A DNA stretch of 64,000 nt from Podarcis tiliguerta (GCA_965153285.1 OZ229117.1), one strand, 5' to 3'; positions 11,320 through 25,119 are shown, counted from the stretch's first letter. The notes: generated by a model not told the origin, from the sequence alone. Program-made: numbers and translations.

Positions 11320-12530
11320 TGGAGGACCCATCATTTAGCAGTTGCGTCAACGAGAGTGTTTTTATTAAATTAAACTCAAGTGGAAAGTGTGATTAGTTTG
11401 CAAAGGTAGTTGATAACAAGATGATCTGCACCTGTATTGATGCATCTTCTAGCATCTTTCTCATCGGCACTTCCAACTCTTTTGAAACACACTTTCTTTT
11501 TTCATTTCATTTAGTAACACTTGTTTGCATTTAATTATAATATGTAAGGAGAGGAGGGGAGGGGAACCCACAAGAGCATATTTAAAATTGAGAAAAGAGG
11601 GGGAGAAAAGGTTTTAAATTTTAATAGAAAAATTGTAGATCATAAATATTATGACTACAAGGGAAAATGAACCACAGCTTGATCGCGCAACGAGAATAGC
11701 AATTAGGAACGATTGTTGAATTTGGTTTCAGTGTGCGGTGTGTGAAGGTAAATACACTGAATGTTAATGGTTTTATAATAGTCTTATTAATTCACACAAA
11801 TAGTTAACGTTTTTAAGATAAACTCCACATCTTTAGAGTAATTTATGCATTCCACTTTTGCAGAAATTCCACTCGAACGAATATAAGCACCATCATTTCA
11901 CACAAACGCTCTCTAAGGAGAGTGTGCCGAGAGTGAAGCAATGGCAGGACTCCCCACAGCTTTATTCATAATGGATCAGCCCATTCATTCCTTATTAATT
12001 TAATGGAGTACAACTGAGCAGCCTGAGCAGCCTCAGCTTATGAGTGTTTCACAAATGGAGCTTTTTGCCTGTAATCGCTTAATCCTACTGGCTAGGACTC
12101 ATAAATTGAATAAAGGAGTGAACTAGGTTTTAATTAAGTCTATGGAATGAGCCTGCCTGAAAAAGATACTGCAGGCTTTCAAGAACCCAACGGTGAAAGA
12201 GCATTTGTCCTCCTGCCCAAAGAGTGCCGGCCAACCCTGAGTTAGGGGGGGATACAAAGTAGGGGGACACAGCACAAGCTCAGAAGGGGGCAGGATTGAT
12301 CGAGGGGGCTTGTCCCTCTCTTTAATTAAAAAAGCGTTTTCCATTCTCATTACGGCAATGCCCTCTGAAACAGAGATGGGAGTAACCAAGCAGGGGAGAG
12401 AAATAAGCAAACTGTTTGCTTTTTTCCTACAGGGCTTGCGTCCGTGTTTGCGAAGGCAGAAGCGTGTTTGTAACTGTCCGATCACTTTTCACGGCCTATA
12501 AATGGGGCTGTTGGCTACAATTGCAGGGAA
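11320..12530. promoter_or_regulatory. Long putative conserved non-coding block / enhancer cluster
   Basis: About 1.2 kb without recognisable TE; many TAAT/TTAATTAA sites, TCATAAA (11640, 12099), TAATCC (12080); retained CpGs. Confidence 0.5.
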
Positions 12531-12757
12531 GCACAGACATGTTCATTCCCCAAAAGGGCAGGATGTGGTTTTAGGCAATTCCCTTCCTGTGCATCTCGAC
12601 ATTCATTTTAAAGGCAAGGTGGTTTTTTGTTTTTGTTTTACTTTCTTACAGCTGTCAACAGATGCACAGAAGAGCATTGGCAACATCTGCTAATATTTCA
12701 GAAAGCCAGAGTTTTGTCTGGTTAGGAAGTGGGCAGATCCCCGAGGAGGAATCTCCT

Positions 12758-13006
12758 GAGAGCCAGTGTGGTGTAGTGGTTAAGAGCGGTAGACTCCTAA
12801 TCTGGGGAACTGGGTTCGCATCTCCGCTCCTCCCCATGCAGCTGCTGGGTGACCTTGGGCTAGTCACACTTCTCTGAAGTCTCTCAGCCCCACTCACTTC
12901 ACAGAGTGTTTGTTGTGGGGGAGGAAGGGAAAGGAGAAGGTTAGCCGCTTTGAGACTCCTTCGGGTAGTGATAAAGCGGGATATCAAATCCAAACTCTTC
13001 TTCTTC
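12758..13006 (+). mobile_element. Squam3 SINE (young, lacertid-type; tRNA/CORE-derived)
   Basis: A box gtggtgtagtgg, B box gggttcgcatc, CORE tgggtgaccttgggctagtcac, L2-like tail and (CTT)n end. Confidence 0.9.
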
Positions 13007-13011
13007 TGGAC

Positions 13012-13300
13012 CAGGGATGGGGGAACCTATTCATTCTGTGGGCCACATTTCCTCCTCAGTAACCTTGTGGGGGCCACATGCCAGTGGTGGGCAGGGCAAA
13101 AGGCAAAAGTGGATGGAGCTATGAATGCAAATATAACAATAGGCTAGTTTCTACACACACACACCTCTGTAGCCTCTATTCACACAAAGAAACAAGAGTA
13201 GTTATCAGAATTCAATGGCAAATTGCAGCCAGGCAAACGCTGCATGTGCAACGTAGGGCTAGTGAGTGTCTAGGCCAGACCGAGAGGCCTGAAACTCCCA
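13012..13300. mobile_element. hAT-like MITE; related fragments at about 9570-9730 and 55390-55500
   Basis: Starts cagggatgggggaacct..gggccacatt; internal ggtgggcagggc-a-aggcaaaagtgg-tggagc is shared with 55452-55487. Confidence 0.55.
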
Positions 13301-13579
13301 AACAAGAGGTTCTTAGCCCCAATTCTAAACAGTACTGCCTTCCTGTGTTTTTCTTCCTGTTTGGAGCTGACTACAGTTCTAGGAGGTAGCAAAGAGGAGA
13401 AACTCTGTTAGGCTGCTAAGTTTGCCCCCCAACTCTTGCAGGGCTGAAGGAGCAAGAAACCCTTGTTCTTGCCATTGCTTTTTTTTTTTTTTTTTTTAAG
13501 GACAGTACAATTAAATGAAAGGTACATAGTAGCATTCCTGGCTTCAGGAGATATTTGACAAAATGCTATCAATGGACAG

Positions 13580-14136
13580 TATAGTGTCACCGTATTCTGC
13601 TCGGGTCAGACCTCACCTGGAGTACTGTGTCCAGTTCTGGGTACCACAGTTCAAGAAGGACACTGACAAACTGGAACGTGTCCAGAGGAGGGCAACCAAA
13701 ATGGTCAAAGGCCTGGAAACGATGCCTTATGAGGAACGGCTAAGGGAGCTGGGCATGTTTAGCCTGGAGAAGAGGAGGTTAAGGGGTGATATGATAGCCA
13801 TGTTCAAATATATAAAAGGATGTCACATAGAGGAGGGAGAAAGGTTGTTTTCTACTCCTCCAGAGAAGCGGACATGGAGCAATGGATCCAAACTACAAGA
13901 AAGAAGATTCCACCTAAATATTAGGAAGAACTTCCTGACAGTAAGAGCTGTTCGACAGTGGAATTTGCTGCCAAGGAGTGTGGTGGAATCTCCTTATTTG
14001 GAGGTCTTTAAGCAGAGGCTTGACAACCATATGTCAAGAGTGCTCTGATGGTGTTTCCTGCTTGGCAGGGGGTTGGACTCGATGGCCCTTGTGGTCTCTT
14101 CCAACTCTATGATTCTATGATTCTATGATTCTATGA
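13580..14136 (+). mobile_element. CR1 LINE, 5'-truncated; ORF2 C-terminus (ORF 13563-14048), 3' UTR and (ATTCTATG)n tail
   Basis: Peptide [57 protein letters not shown] is the canonical CR1 ORF2 C-terminus; octamer tail at 14106-14136. Confidence 0.97.
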
Positions 14137-14883
14137 CTTGTCAATAGGCTGGCATGCCAACCTGAGGCAGAATAAGATTTCCTGAGCTTGAGGGCAGCGT
14201 GTCAATACCTATCACTGCCCGTTTCTGTTTCCCCTCCCTATTTGTGATGCAAAAGAAAGCAACAAAAACTAGCAAAATTTATTCTATCAGCAAGGCAGGG
14301 GTTTGTCTGTATACATATTTTTAAAGGAGATTTGTGTCGCTTTGTGCCAAATTCCTTAAAAAAAAACACCTTTGTGAATTTATTCAAAGGCTTTCTGGCT
14401 CCATACCTGGCATGTTCCACTTAAAAAAACTCTTCAGGGTGATTTCCTAGCAAGTTATTGGAAATAAATAGGTAGTCCCAAGACTAATGTGCAAACGCTG
14501 GGATGCTCAACACCATGGTGCTTCTGATCAGATCGCCTGACTGTTTCCAGGGCTGCATGCTGTTTACAGCATGCCTGATAAAAAGTTATATGTATATATT
14601 CTCATTTCTCTCCACAGCACCCTGAAAGCTTCTAGAGGGAGGTTAAAATCTTCTTTTTCCAGCAACATCTGGAGGGCCACAGATGCTGCTGAATGGTATG
14701 CATACAGTTTTTTAAATACGAGATTATTATAGCAGATTAATATTGAATGTCTGCTCAGAGCCAAGTGTCACTGAATTCATTAATTTATTCCCAGGTAAGT
14801 GTGCATACGATCGGAGCCTGAGAGCACCCATAAGAAAACCAGAAACTGAAGCTTGGACCAATATAAAGCTCTTTTACCTAAAA

Positions 14884-15018
14884 CAGAGATAGCCAACCTG
14901 GTGCCCTCCTGATCTTTTGGGAAGAACAGCTTCTACCTGACCATTAGCTGTTCTGGCTGGGGCTGGTGGGCATCAGAGTCCAATTACATCTGGAGGACAC
15001 CACAGTTATCCCTTATCT
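14884..15018. mobile_element. Short palindromic hAT-type MITE; related copies at 20044-20179, 28235-28352, 59318-59425, 63895-64000
   Basis: Family pattern ccctccagatgttg..actacaactccc..gggagttgtagtccaacaacatctggagg. Confidence 0.6.
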
Positions 15019-15270
15019 GAAATTTAACAGCAAAGGTGCCAAGCAGACACCTGCTCTATTGGGCATTCCATTAATGGGGCATTCCACCCCAAAGAGCCTT
15101 GCCCTACTTACCACTCACTTCTCCTCTTAAATTTGAAGCACTTGGAGAAGGTGCTCAGATGAACATCTTCTTGCACAGACAAGTCTAGATTTGAGGACAA
15201 CCATCCCACAATCCCAGCCTTTATCTCACACTTTGTTGTCAGAAGAACAAATTGATTATCAGCCAAGTTT

Positions 15271-15341
15271 AGATAGATATAGATATAGATATAGATATAG
15301 ATATAGATATAGATATAGATATAGATATAGATAGATAGATA
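15271..15341 (+). repeat. (ATATAG)n microsatellite
   Basis: Direct repeat visible. Confidence 0.95.
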
Positions 15342-15416
15342 TTTTTGTTTTCTTAATATAAATAACCATGTACTGTACATAAACTCTAGATATAGACAAA
15401 TAGAAGATATAATGTA

Positions 15417-15658
15417 CAGTGGTACCTCAGGTTACATATGCTTCAGGTTACATATGCTTCAGGTTACAGACTCCGCTAACCCAGAAATATTACCTCGGGT
15501 TAAGAACTTTGCTTCAGGATGAGAACAGAAATCGTGGTCCTGTGGCGTGGTGGCAGCAGGAGGCCCCATTCGCTAAAGTGGTGCTTCAGGTTAAGAACAG
15601 TTTCAGGTTAAGTACGGATCTCCAGAACGAATTAAGTACTTAACCTGAGGTACCACTG
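15417..15658. mobile_element. Tc1/mariner (Tigger/pogo-like) MITE
   Basis: Perfect 18-bp TIR CAGTGGTACCTCAGGTTA / TAACCTGAGGTACCACTG flanked by TA on both sides. Confidence 0.92.
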
Positions 15659-16454
15659 TATTGATGGGGGGAAAATGTGCACTAATATTACTTGACCAGA
15701 CATATTCTGCATAAACGATAAAAGTCCATGGTGTTACAAGACCTTAATAAAAAAGACGGCACTTGTGCTAGATTGCCTACGGATAATGATATCAGCGCGT
15801 ACTGATAGAAGGAGGCACTGATTTAACAACAAGCAATTTTGAAAAGAGGTTTTGCTTCAGTGAATTCACATTCTGGGTTTTCTTTGGTGACTGTGGGTGA
15901 AGGAAAGCAGATGGGATGTCTTAGAATGATTCTCATTCATTCAGAGAACCTAGGGGTAAGAATAGCTTCAATTTGCTTGACCGAGTTTGATCCGTCCCCT
16001 ATTAAAGCAAATGAACCACAAAAAAGTCATGCACACTAATAACAAGGAAAAAACAGGTCATAATGAGCAAAATAAAAAAGGCAATTGTTCCTACTAGCAG
16101 AAGCTGGATCATTAAGTCTGCATCTTATGAGTGGACAGTATAAGGACAGGTTTTTTTTAAGGCAGATATGGCAATGAATACATTACACACACATAAGGTG
16201 GGCTGGAGTAATAGAATAAGGATGTGCCAAATATTTACTTGTTCTGATTAGGAGGGGTTTGGGGGGAAAGCGGGGCGGTAGAGTACATGCTTTGTATGAA
16301 GAATATCCTAAGTTCAGTTCTTGACATCTCCAACTAAAGCATCTTGGGCAGGACTGCAAGAGACTTTGCTCTGAGTTCTTGAAAAGCCAGTCAGGTCAGA
16401 GAATAGTGATTTACATGAACACTGGTGGTGTCTTCTACTGAGTCAGGACTCTGA

Positions 16455-16666
16455 TCAGGCTGTCAATGGTTACTAGTCATGACGGCAAACTGTACTATAC
16501 CACTCAATACCGTTTGCTGGGGAACAACATCTGGAAAAGGCCTTTGCCCTCATGTCCTCTTTGCGGCTTCCCATCATCACCATCTGGCTGGCCACTATGC
16601 AAGGCTAGATGCTGGTTTGGACAGGCAATCGGTGTGATCCATTTGGGCTCTCCTTGTGTTCTTATG
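16455..16666 (+). mobile_element. Old CR1 3' UTR fragment, preceded by a decayed tRNA-SINE at about 16270-16420
   Basis: ggctgtcaatggttactagtcatga..tggctggccactatg..gatgctgg..tgttcttatg terminus. Confidence 0.6.
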
Positions 16667-18557
16667 GACCATTTATTCAGTGTAGATGAATATGTTTTGC
16701 ATACCCATGTTCCAAATGTTATTGGCAGCTTTATTTTCAATTATTTTCCTCTCGATCCCTAGCATGGAATTTCCCTTTTTATTGGCCACCACACACTGGG
16801 TTGAAATCTTCACTGAACTATGTGTCTACTACAGCCCCAAGATCTCGCTAAGCGTCCATCACCTGCAGTTCAGACCCCACGAACATGGGGCAGCCCCAAG
16901 GAGGAGTCGCTTCTGCTGCCACACCATCCCCAAAGGCTGGGCCCAGGCATGGTTTCCCCTGTCTTGAGGGTGCCTGGTTGCACCCCCTGGAAAAAAAAAA
17001 TGCACCCGGAACAACGGCTTCCTCAGCCCCCCCCCCCCATGCTATGCCACTGCTTCAGATAATTTAAAAAGCAAAGCACAAGTTAAAAAGCAAAGCACAC
17101 CTAGTGGTAGGCAGAGCACATGGCTACAGCACACCTGTGCATTTTCCTTGTATGTTCATGCATGCTTTCTTGCTTAGAGTCACATCCCATGGCATTTAGA
17201 AGCCTACACAGGGTGGGAGAAAATTCCCAGAACTGGGACTTGGATGCTACTAATGCAGATGAGGTTATATTTCTGTCTATTTGCTACCCTGGGTAGTTAG
17301 GCAGGGCTGTAATGGTGGACACTGCAATAATATAATGCAAAATATTTTGGGAATGGGAAATTCTGAAAAGGGGGGGAAATCAGGATTTTTTTTGAGAGAA
17401 ATTTTTCAGCTCAGCACTAATGCACACTGGCTCTTTAACATTTCAGGGAGCATCTTTAAACATAAAATTACTGCACACCATAAGAAAAGAACCCAGGGGT
17501 GTGTTTTATCACCCTAGCTGGCCAACTTTAACTCATATTGTGTTATTATAAGAAATAGAATTTACTGGTATGGACTTATATTCAATTGCATCCCTTCCTT
17601 TTTTTAATGAAATGTCATTATTGCAATACATATTCTTTCTTTGTGGAATCTGCTTATTCCTTTGCTCCCACTCTCCATTTTCTCTATATTTCATTTCCTG
17701 CAGTTACGTGATATTATTGCCAGAGATCCCCCCCCCTCCACAGCTATTGATTTAGGTGTATATGGTTATTACAATGCAAAATAAAACAGTTTGCCTATCC
17801 ATTCTACCTTGTACTGTCGAACATTAACTTAATTTGTTTCAAATCTGCATTTGATTTGGCAAGGAAACCATTTATCTTTATGAAGAAAGCCCTCATAAAG
17901 AAGGGGACTTCAGAAGATCGCTGCTTTAAAAATTTAATAGCCTTGTGTCTTATACACTAGAAAAATGAATTAAACCTTCAAATATTATATATCTCAATGT
18001 AACCTTTTTGCATTTCGTCCTATGTTTAATTTATTGTATAAAGCTTCTCCCCACCCCTCTAAAAAGAAATCTTGCTCTATTCAAGTCGATTGTTTTTACA
18101 GATTCCATGAATAAAAGTCAATGAATTTTTTTTCAGGAGCATCATAAAGGAGAAGAGGTTAGGGTTTGAGACTGATTATGAGCTTCTGGCCACTCCCCCT
18201 TACTTTCCACCTGCTCTCAGAAGCTAATTTAGCACAGCAAAAGGGGGCGGAGGCAACTCTGCTTCACAAGACAAAAACAAACACCAACACTGGCATGCAC
18301 TGAAATTTAAAATATGGGTTGTATACATCTAAGTTATAACCAGAGTAGACACAATTGGATTAATGAGCCTAAGTTCACAGGTCCATTTAAGTTCACTGGG
18401 TCATCTATGTTTATGACTAACATTGCACGCAACCCTATCTTTAGCAAGTGTATATTCAAATAAATTGATGGAGAGCCACAAGTTGTCTGGGTCAGAGGTT
18501 TAGTGAGGGCAGCAGACCAGCTTTGCATTATCTCTGTGCCTGCAGCTGAGCACAGTA

Positions 18558-18783
18558 CAGTGGTGCCTCGGGTTACAGACGCTTCAGGTTACAGACGCTT
18601 CAGGTTACAGACACCGCTAACACTGAAATGGTACCTCGGGTTAAGAACTTTGCTTCAGGGTGCTCTGGCAGCGCGGCAGCAGCAGGAGGCCCCATTAGCT
18701 AAAGTGTACCTCAGGTTAAGAACAGTTTCAGGTTAAGAACGGACCTCCAGAATGAATTAAGTTCTTAACCCGAGGTACCACTG
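18558..18783. mobile_element. Tc1/mariner MITE, same family as 15417-15658
   Basis: TIR cagtggtgcctcgggtta / taacccgaggtaccactg, TA TSDs, shared internal sequence. Confidence 0.92.
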
Positions 18784-18852
18784 TAAAGCACTCTGAGCCA
18801 TTCCTCTCAGAGGTCACAGGCATCCTGCTTTCGCTGGCTAGCACTCCAGAGC

Positions 18853-19030
18853 ACAGGAAGGTTCCTTGTACAGACTCACACTATTGGTCCAGCTAGCTCA
18901 GTACTGCTGACACTGTCTGTCTCTCCAGGGTTTAAGGCAGGGGTCCTTCCCAGCCCTGTCTGCTGGGGATTGGACCTGGGATGTTCTGTATGTAACACAT
19001 GTGCTCCCCCACTGAGCCACTGCCCATCTC
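18853..19030 (-). mobile_element. tRNA-derived SINE with CR1-like tail (Squam2-like); other copies at about 23870-24017, 31060-31210, 40738-40868, 44720-44795
   Basis: Reverse complement has gctcagtgg..gcacatg..cccaggtccaatccccagca head and ctgagctagctggaccaata tail, matching the host SINE at 35908-36596. Confidence 0.65.
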
Positions 19031-19857
19031 GCTGAAATGTAACCACCCTCAGAAATTTTCACTCCCTTCTAGCAGTTCATGGGTAACACCTGTTTTAGAT
19101 TGTTATTGCTTTTCTGCATGTTGCTTGGCAAAGCAGTCAAAATCAGGATTTATATTTCTGCATCTTGTTTGAGCACTAGGCATTTTGGAAAAAATGGTGC
19201 CCGACTAGGCTGTACTCAGAGTAGACCTGCTGAAATGAATGAATCTTAAGTTTAGTCCTGTCCATCAACTTCAGTGGGTCAACTCTGAGTAAAACTAGTA
19301 TTGTATATAACCCTATGAGAGATATTATTCCAATGTTTGTCTATGCAGTTAGCAAGGACAGATCTCACACAAGCCTTTCCCTTGTCATAAACATTTTTAA
19401 TGCATGGATAGAATGGGTTTGAGCTCAGTTCCTCCTTAATAACTTTTCCTTTATATTATTATATAATTTCCTACTAAAGAAGACCTTTTGAGATCAAAGC
19501 ATGTATGGTATCATTTGGTATACATGAACCATTCTGATATATTGGGGATGCCAACTTTTTAAGGCCAGATTTTTGAGCAAGTGTGATGGGCACCTGCCCC
19601 TCAGCACCCTTCTCTCTCCCCTCCTATAGAAATTTAGCGGCAACTCTAGGGCCAGGACTTGTTCACTTTGCCAAAAGTGTGAGTTTCTTCACTCAATTCT
19701 AACCACCAACAGAATAGCCAGTGCCAGTGGGAGACAAACAGCACACAAAACATATCTCAACTAACAGGCATTATTAAACAAAGATAATGAACCATGCTGC
19801 GCAATTCCTATCATGTTTGTGAAAATGGCAATTAACAACAGCAGCAGCAACAGCAAC

Positions 19858-20043
19858 ATTTATTTCCCATCTTTCCTCCAAGGAGATCAAAATTGTGTAC
19901 ATGGTTCTTCTCCTGTTCATTTTATCCTCACCACAGCCCTGTGAGGTAGGCTAAGCTGAGAGACTCAAGGTCACCCAGTGAGATTCATGGCTAAGTGGGT
20001 ATAGAAACCATAGTCTCCTAGCTCCTAGTCCAACACTCTAACC
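19858..20043 (-). mobile_element. Old Squam3A/MIR-like CORE SINE
   Basis: tttatcctcaccacagccctgtgaggtaggc..caaggtcacccagtgag..ctagtccaacactctaacc is the reverse complement of a CORE-SINE. Confidence 0.7.
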
Positions 20044-20179
20044 CAGCCTTTCTCAACCTTGGGTGCCCAGGTGTTCTTGAATTACAATTCCCATGAGCCC
20101 TGACCACTGGTCATGCTGGCTAGGAATGATGAGAGTTGTAGTCCAACAACATCTGGGGACCCAAAGTTGAGACAGGCTG
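20044..20179. mobile_element. Palindromic hAT MITE inserted at the 5' head of the CORE SINE
   Basis: TIR cagcctttctcaacctt / aaagttgagacaggctg; 8-bp TSD ctctaacc/ctctaatg. Confidence 0.8.
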
Positions 20180-21724
20180 CTCTAATGACATTCATTTCAA
20201 TGGCTGAGACATCCGACTTTTGCAACAGATGCATAAGCCACCATACTCATCCCATATTTGGGAAGGATAAACTCACAACCCCCAGACCTTAGTCACAAAA
20301 GCATCCACTTTTGTCAGGCTATTTATGGATCAGTCCCTCCATAGAACAACGACTGGAATCTCCCTTCCTCTCGCTTCCTTCCTTCTTCATTCCACACATA
20401 TTCTTTCCTATTTGCCACTCTTCACTTTGGGATTATTTAGATGAAAATCCATCACACGTAATATAAATTGCCCTCCTCTTCAAATGCAATCGATTTCAAA
20501 AGCATGCAAGCAAAAGACTAAGCACTTTGGGATTTTTGCAAGTGTCCATGACATGGGAGGCTTTAAATGACTCTAAGCTATTTTCCTGGCTGACAAGCTG
20601 CCAAACCATTTCTTTGCCATAAACGCCCGCCCAAGGCAGCTGACCACCGCTGGCCTTTTTGGACACATGTGAAGAAATAAACATAATTGCAAACAAGATG
20701 TGATCACCACTGCTTTACTGCATTGAAGCTGTGGCCTTATGCTTGGGCTGCATAGTTAGCAAATACCCAGAGGAAAGTAGCATTGCTCAGAATGTGGAGG
20801 GGGAAGGGATGGTGTGTAAATAAATATTATATCTGTGAAAACACAACATTTAAATGCAGCATCTGACTTTCCAAATATCCTACCCAAAACCCCTCCACAA
20901 AACCATTTAACAAAAACAGCAGGGAGAGAAAGCGCTTTAAAACCATGATACTCCATGAAGGATTATGAAAATAGAGGTCATTGATAGAAAGAGAATTGCA
21001 AACACAACTTGAAAAGCTTCTCACATTTGTAAATACATTGAGAAGAAATTATTCCTCTCTGCTTTTGCTACCACAGGATTTTTTTAAAAAGGTTTCTTGG
21101 GGAAAGGGGAAAAGATGAGTGCAAAAATAACCCTCCTTCATTGGATACACTCTGTGCGTGTGACTTGCTGATATCTAGGCATTGCAGGCAACTCATCTTA
21201 GAAAGAAATTGGCTTTCTTAGATTCAAGTCAGGTTTTTTATGAAAGGTGTGGGTTCTTCCTTCCAAATAAGAGACTAATGGCACAAGTCAAAGTTGGTGA
21301 AATCTTACAAGGGGTACGTGCACTGGGGTGGCCCCTGCACAAATCCCATGTCATCCAAACGCCTCAGCCAGGACAATGAAAACAAGTGTGGCAGAAAGTG
21401 CGAAGAAATGCCCATGGCGTCCATTATCAACCCCACCCACACCAACCAACCTGGACTCACCACCCAGCACAAACACGGGCAATCAATGAGTCAAATGCAA
21501 ACAAATACACCATTGCAGCATCATAATAAGCACATGTGCTGCCTGTGATGCTTCAGCTGTATAGAGATCTACAGCCTGCTGCTGCCATGGACCCTGAAAA
21601 CCCACCCACGCATTCACCAGCCACACCATGGCATCATGTGACAATAACAGATTCTGGCCTTGATCCTGGCCTTTGGTCAGGGTTCAGTCAGACTCATTTT
21701 CTCTTTGTATAAGAATAAACATGA

Positions 21725-21981
21725 AGGAGGTTTCCCAGCCCGCTCACAGGTCCTTATAACATCAGTGGAAACAGCTGGTCCTGGCGAGTATTAACCGCTT
21801 TTAATTTTAACCTGATGATCTTCATTTGTCCAGTTTTAACTTTAATTTTAATTTAATTGAATTATTTTTGGGATGCATTTTAATTGATTGATTGCTTCTT
21901 TTTATCCATATTGTATTATTTATGTGATATTAGCCGCTCTGAGCCCAGCTCTGGCCAGGGAGGGTGGGATACAAATAAAAA

Positions 21982-22018
<37 letters not shown>
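21725..22018 (+). mobile_element. L2 LINE 3' end with (TTA)n tail
   Basis: T-rich 3' UTR ending ttagccgctctgagcccagctctggccagggagggtgggatacaaataaa, then (TTA)n at 21983-22018. Confidence 0.7.
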
Positions 22019-22859
22019 GTGGTGGTAGACTCCTTTATTGGCATGACAGAAGCAAGTATACAGCCAATAGAAGTATGGAGGAGAGTGCAGCCGCAAAGAC
22101 TGGAGACTGGTTTCTGCTGCTCTCAACTTTATGACTGTGATCCTACAAAAGAAAACATACTTTTGAGAACTGGTTTTAGGGGGAGGGGAAGTCTATGGTG
22201 CCCCTTAGACTCTGGTGCCTTGCAGAGTGGTGCCAGGTCTTCTGGAATGAAAGGCATACATGTGTTGGTTTGGTGGTCCTGCTGAATGTTTGCATTGACA
22301 ACCTTTCTGTGTTCCCCTATTAATACAAAGCATAGTTTAACTAACTTAATGTGCCTAACTTAAAGTCACCTATATATTTTTCTTATGGTACTGTCCCGTT
22401 TGCCCTGGTGCCTATAAGGGTGAGATGAGAAAATGACTTAGGGAGATTGTTCCCCCTACTGTGATATTTTAATTTCTGCATCTGCAAGAACTTAACACAT
22501 CCTAGAAGTTACATAAATGGACCTTCAAAGACGAACAATGATAGATTAATGCTGACTCTAAAGTATATTTATTCAAAAAGATAACATTCACTATCCCTTA
22601 TGTTCAATAGATGCCAGTTAGTAGCTACCATGTATGTTTAAATCAAGAGGCTGCAATTCATAAAAAAATAAGAAGAAAAAGCCAATTGAGTCTAATGACA
22701 GGTGACAGTTTAGTTCAGTCACAATTAAAATCAACCTGGCTTATTCCCTCCATTAGAAGCAAAATATTCCCTTTAAGTTCATATAGGGTTAAGTTTGTCA
22801 TCCTTGGAGATTTCCTAATGGTCCTTGTTATCTAAACTTTGATTCATAATGGTGGCTGT

Positions 22860-23260
22860 GTATTATATTTTCAATGCACATCTACAGACGTATTAGGATG
22901 TGAAGTGAATTTGACAGGAGAAGAAAATTTCTTTTCCCCTCTGAAACGCCCCAGGAGGGCTTTCGACTGGCGACCTCCCCAGACCTCGGCTTTACATTAG
23001 AGTTATTGTCCTGAGAGAAGATTCGGTTAAAGCACCCAATTCATTTCATATAGTGCTCTTCAGTTCATCCGCGGTGGCAGCCTTAAGTTTTACAATTTTG
23101 TTAGGGATGCTCTCTTGATTTTGCTTGATGGTAAACAATTGTTCTATCATCGGAGCAACATGCAGTTGTCTCAAGAGCTGGCTGACCACTGCAAACTAGT
23201 TGTTTTGCCATGCTCAGTGCTGTTATCTGGATAAATTGGTCACTGTCTGATTAAATAAAA
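22860..23260. promoter_or_regulatory. Putative conserved non-coding element
   Basis: TE-free and locally CpG-enriched; GTAAACA forkhead site near 23131. Confidence 0.35.
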
Positions 23261-25119
23261 GGGAAAAGTGGGAAAGGCAGTACGGCTAGGATGCTGCCAT
23301 CCAAAAGGCTGGATTATGCCTTGACCATCAGAGGGCAGGAATCTAGTCCAAAACCAAAGGCAGGAGCCCAAATGGTGGCTGATCACTTGAAAGGAGCCCT
23401 GGAAGGCTGTTTCTAAGGGTTTCAAATGGCCAGTGACATGATAGGGTGATGTGATCTGCTCTTGCCTCATTGTGCTAAATCCAGGTCTACAAACCATAAG
23501 CAGTATGGAATTATCAAGACAGCCATCACACAGAAAACAGAAAACACACACACACACACACACACCACACTCAAATTGTGCCTTTTAAAATGAAGGATAA
23601 AAATATAATTTTGACTCAGAACTCATTCTCCATTTAAGAAAAGTGGCCTAGTTTTGATGGTTACAGTGAGGAACTTGGATATATTTTCTGTGATCTTGCG
23701 GATGGAATCTGCCATTAAAACTGAAGCACAGAATCCATCAGAGTTACTTGGGAGATAAATCAAGATCTCCTATCTCTATAAAAATGACAATGCAGGAGAT
23801 TGTTTTGACTGAGACACTGTCATAAGGACAAACTCTTAAGTCCAAGGGAAGCCTGGCATTTCAACCATATCATAGGAAGCTGCCTTGTACCAAGTCGGAG
23901 CATTTGGTCCACCTAGCTTAATACTATCTACACTGACAATTGCTCTCCAGTGTTTCTGGCAAGTCTCTTCCAGTGCTGCAAAGTTGATGTTCTCCCACTG
24001 GGCTATGGCCCTTCCCCAAACTCCCACAACTGCTGATGGCAAAGCATTCATGGCTGCTTTTTATATATGCTGGTTTGAATCCCCCCCCAGTCATAGGAAT
24101 TGGTTGCAAATCAACAAGCAGAATGTAATCAGCATTCAGCCAGAACCAAAATATTTTGCTTGTATCCAAGCATGTGATCCCTTTTCCTTTATTGTCCAAA
24201 GTTGGAAATAAATGAATATTAGTTGTTCTGTTGCCCCTGTGTGCCTTTAATTAACGAGAATTAATTCCAGAATTGGACCATATGCCATTTTAGCCCCATC
24301 AGTTTTTAAATATATCTTCCCTTCATTACTGATGAGCACTGTAAACAAACACAGTCCTGGTCTGACTAGACATATGATATCATCATCATTTTGCATCATC
24401 AACAATAACATCATCACCAAGGTGCTTGTGCAGAAGTACAAAGCCCTATACAGCTTGGCACCAGGATAACCAGGGTGGGCAAATACAGCGCCCTGAGCAA
24501 GGACAAAATCCCCCCTTCCCCAATATTTCTTATTTTCGCAATAATTTCTTTTTTGGTACAGTTGCCTTTTATGGATCTTCTTAGTAGTTACCCATATAAA
24601 TATAGGTTGTTTGTTGTTTGTTGTTCACCCCCTTGGCTTAGCAGGGGAACCGCCTGCGCCCCCATAAATCTGTCTGAAAGACCACCTTCATTCTAATGCA
24701 TCCATTCCACTTCAGAAACAAAATCAGGTACTTGCAACTCCAAAACCAGGGAGCAATGCAAAAGAAGAGAATTTCAAAAGTGTTTCTACTAATTAGCAAG
24801 TTTCAGTTTAATACAGGGATCAGCAGCCCGAGGGCTGAGGGCAAATGACAGTCCCTGGGGAGTATCGCCTCTCCCTCCCCCAGATGCTATCCTGCAGCAT
24901 GAGGTGTGTAAGAAGAGTTATGGCTGATGCAAGAGGCATTGTTAGCAGTCTGGGGAGGGTCAATTAATTGCTGGCCAGGTCTTTATGGGCGGAAAGCTAA
25001 TTGCTGGCTTGAAATTTAACTGGCAGGCACTATTTAATACTAGCCGAGGTGACTTAATTCTGACTTTAAAAGTGCAAGTGAAAACTCAGGCAGGTCTTTT
25101 ACTCACTTCTAGATTTACA

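Noticed and set aside
12758-12835. tRNA-like A/B boxes (also 29302, 35920, 51703, and the heads at 10440 and 57701)
   Set aside because: These are SINE heads, not functional tRNA genes; they continue into SINE bodies.
15417-15658. Repeated ttcaggtta units resembling a spacer-repeat array
   Set aside because: Internal subrepeats of a TA-flanked MITE in eukaryotic DNA; not CRISPR.
19942-19960. TGAGGTAG let-7-like seed
   Set aside because: Part of the CORE-SINE consensus; no miRNA hairpin.
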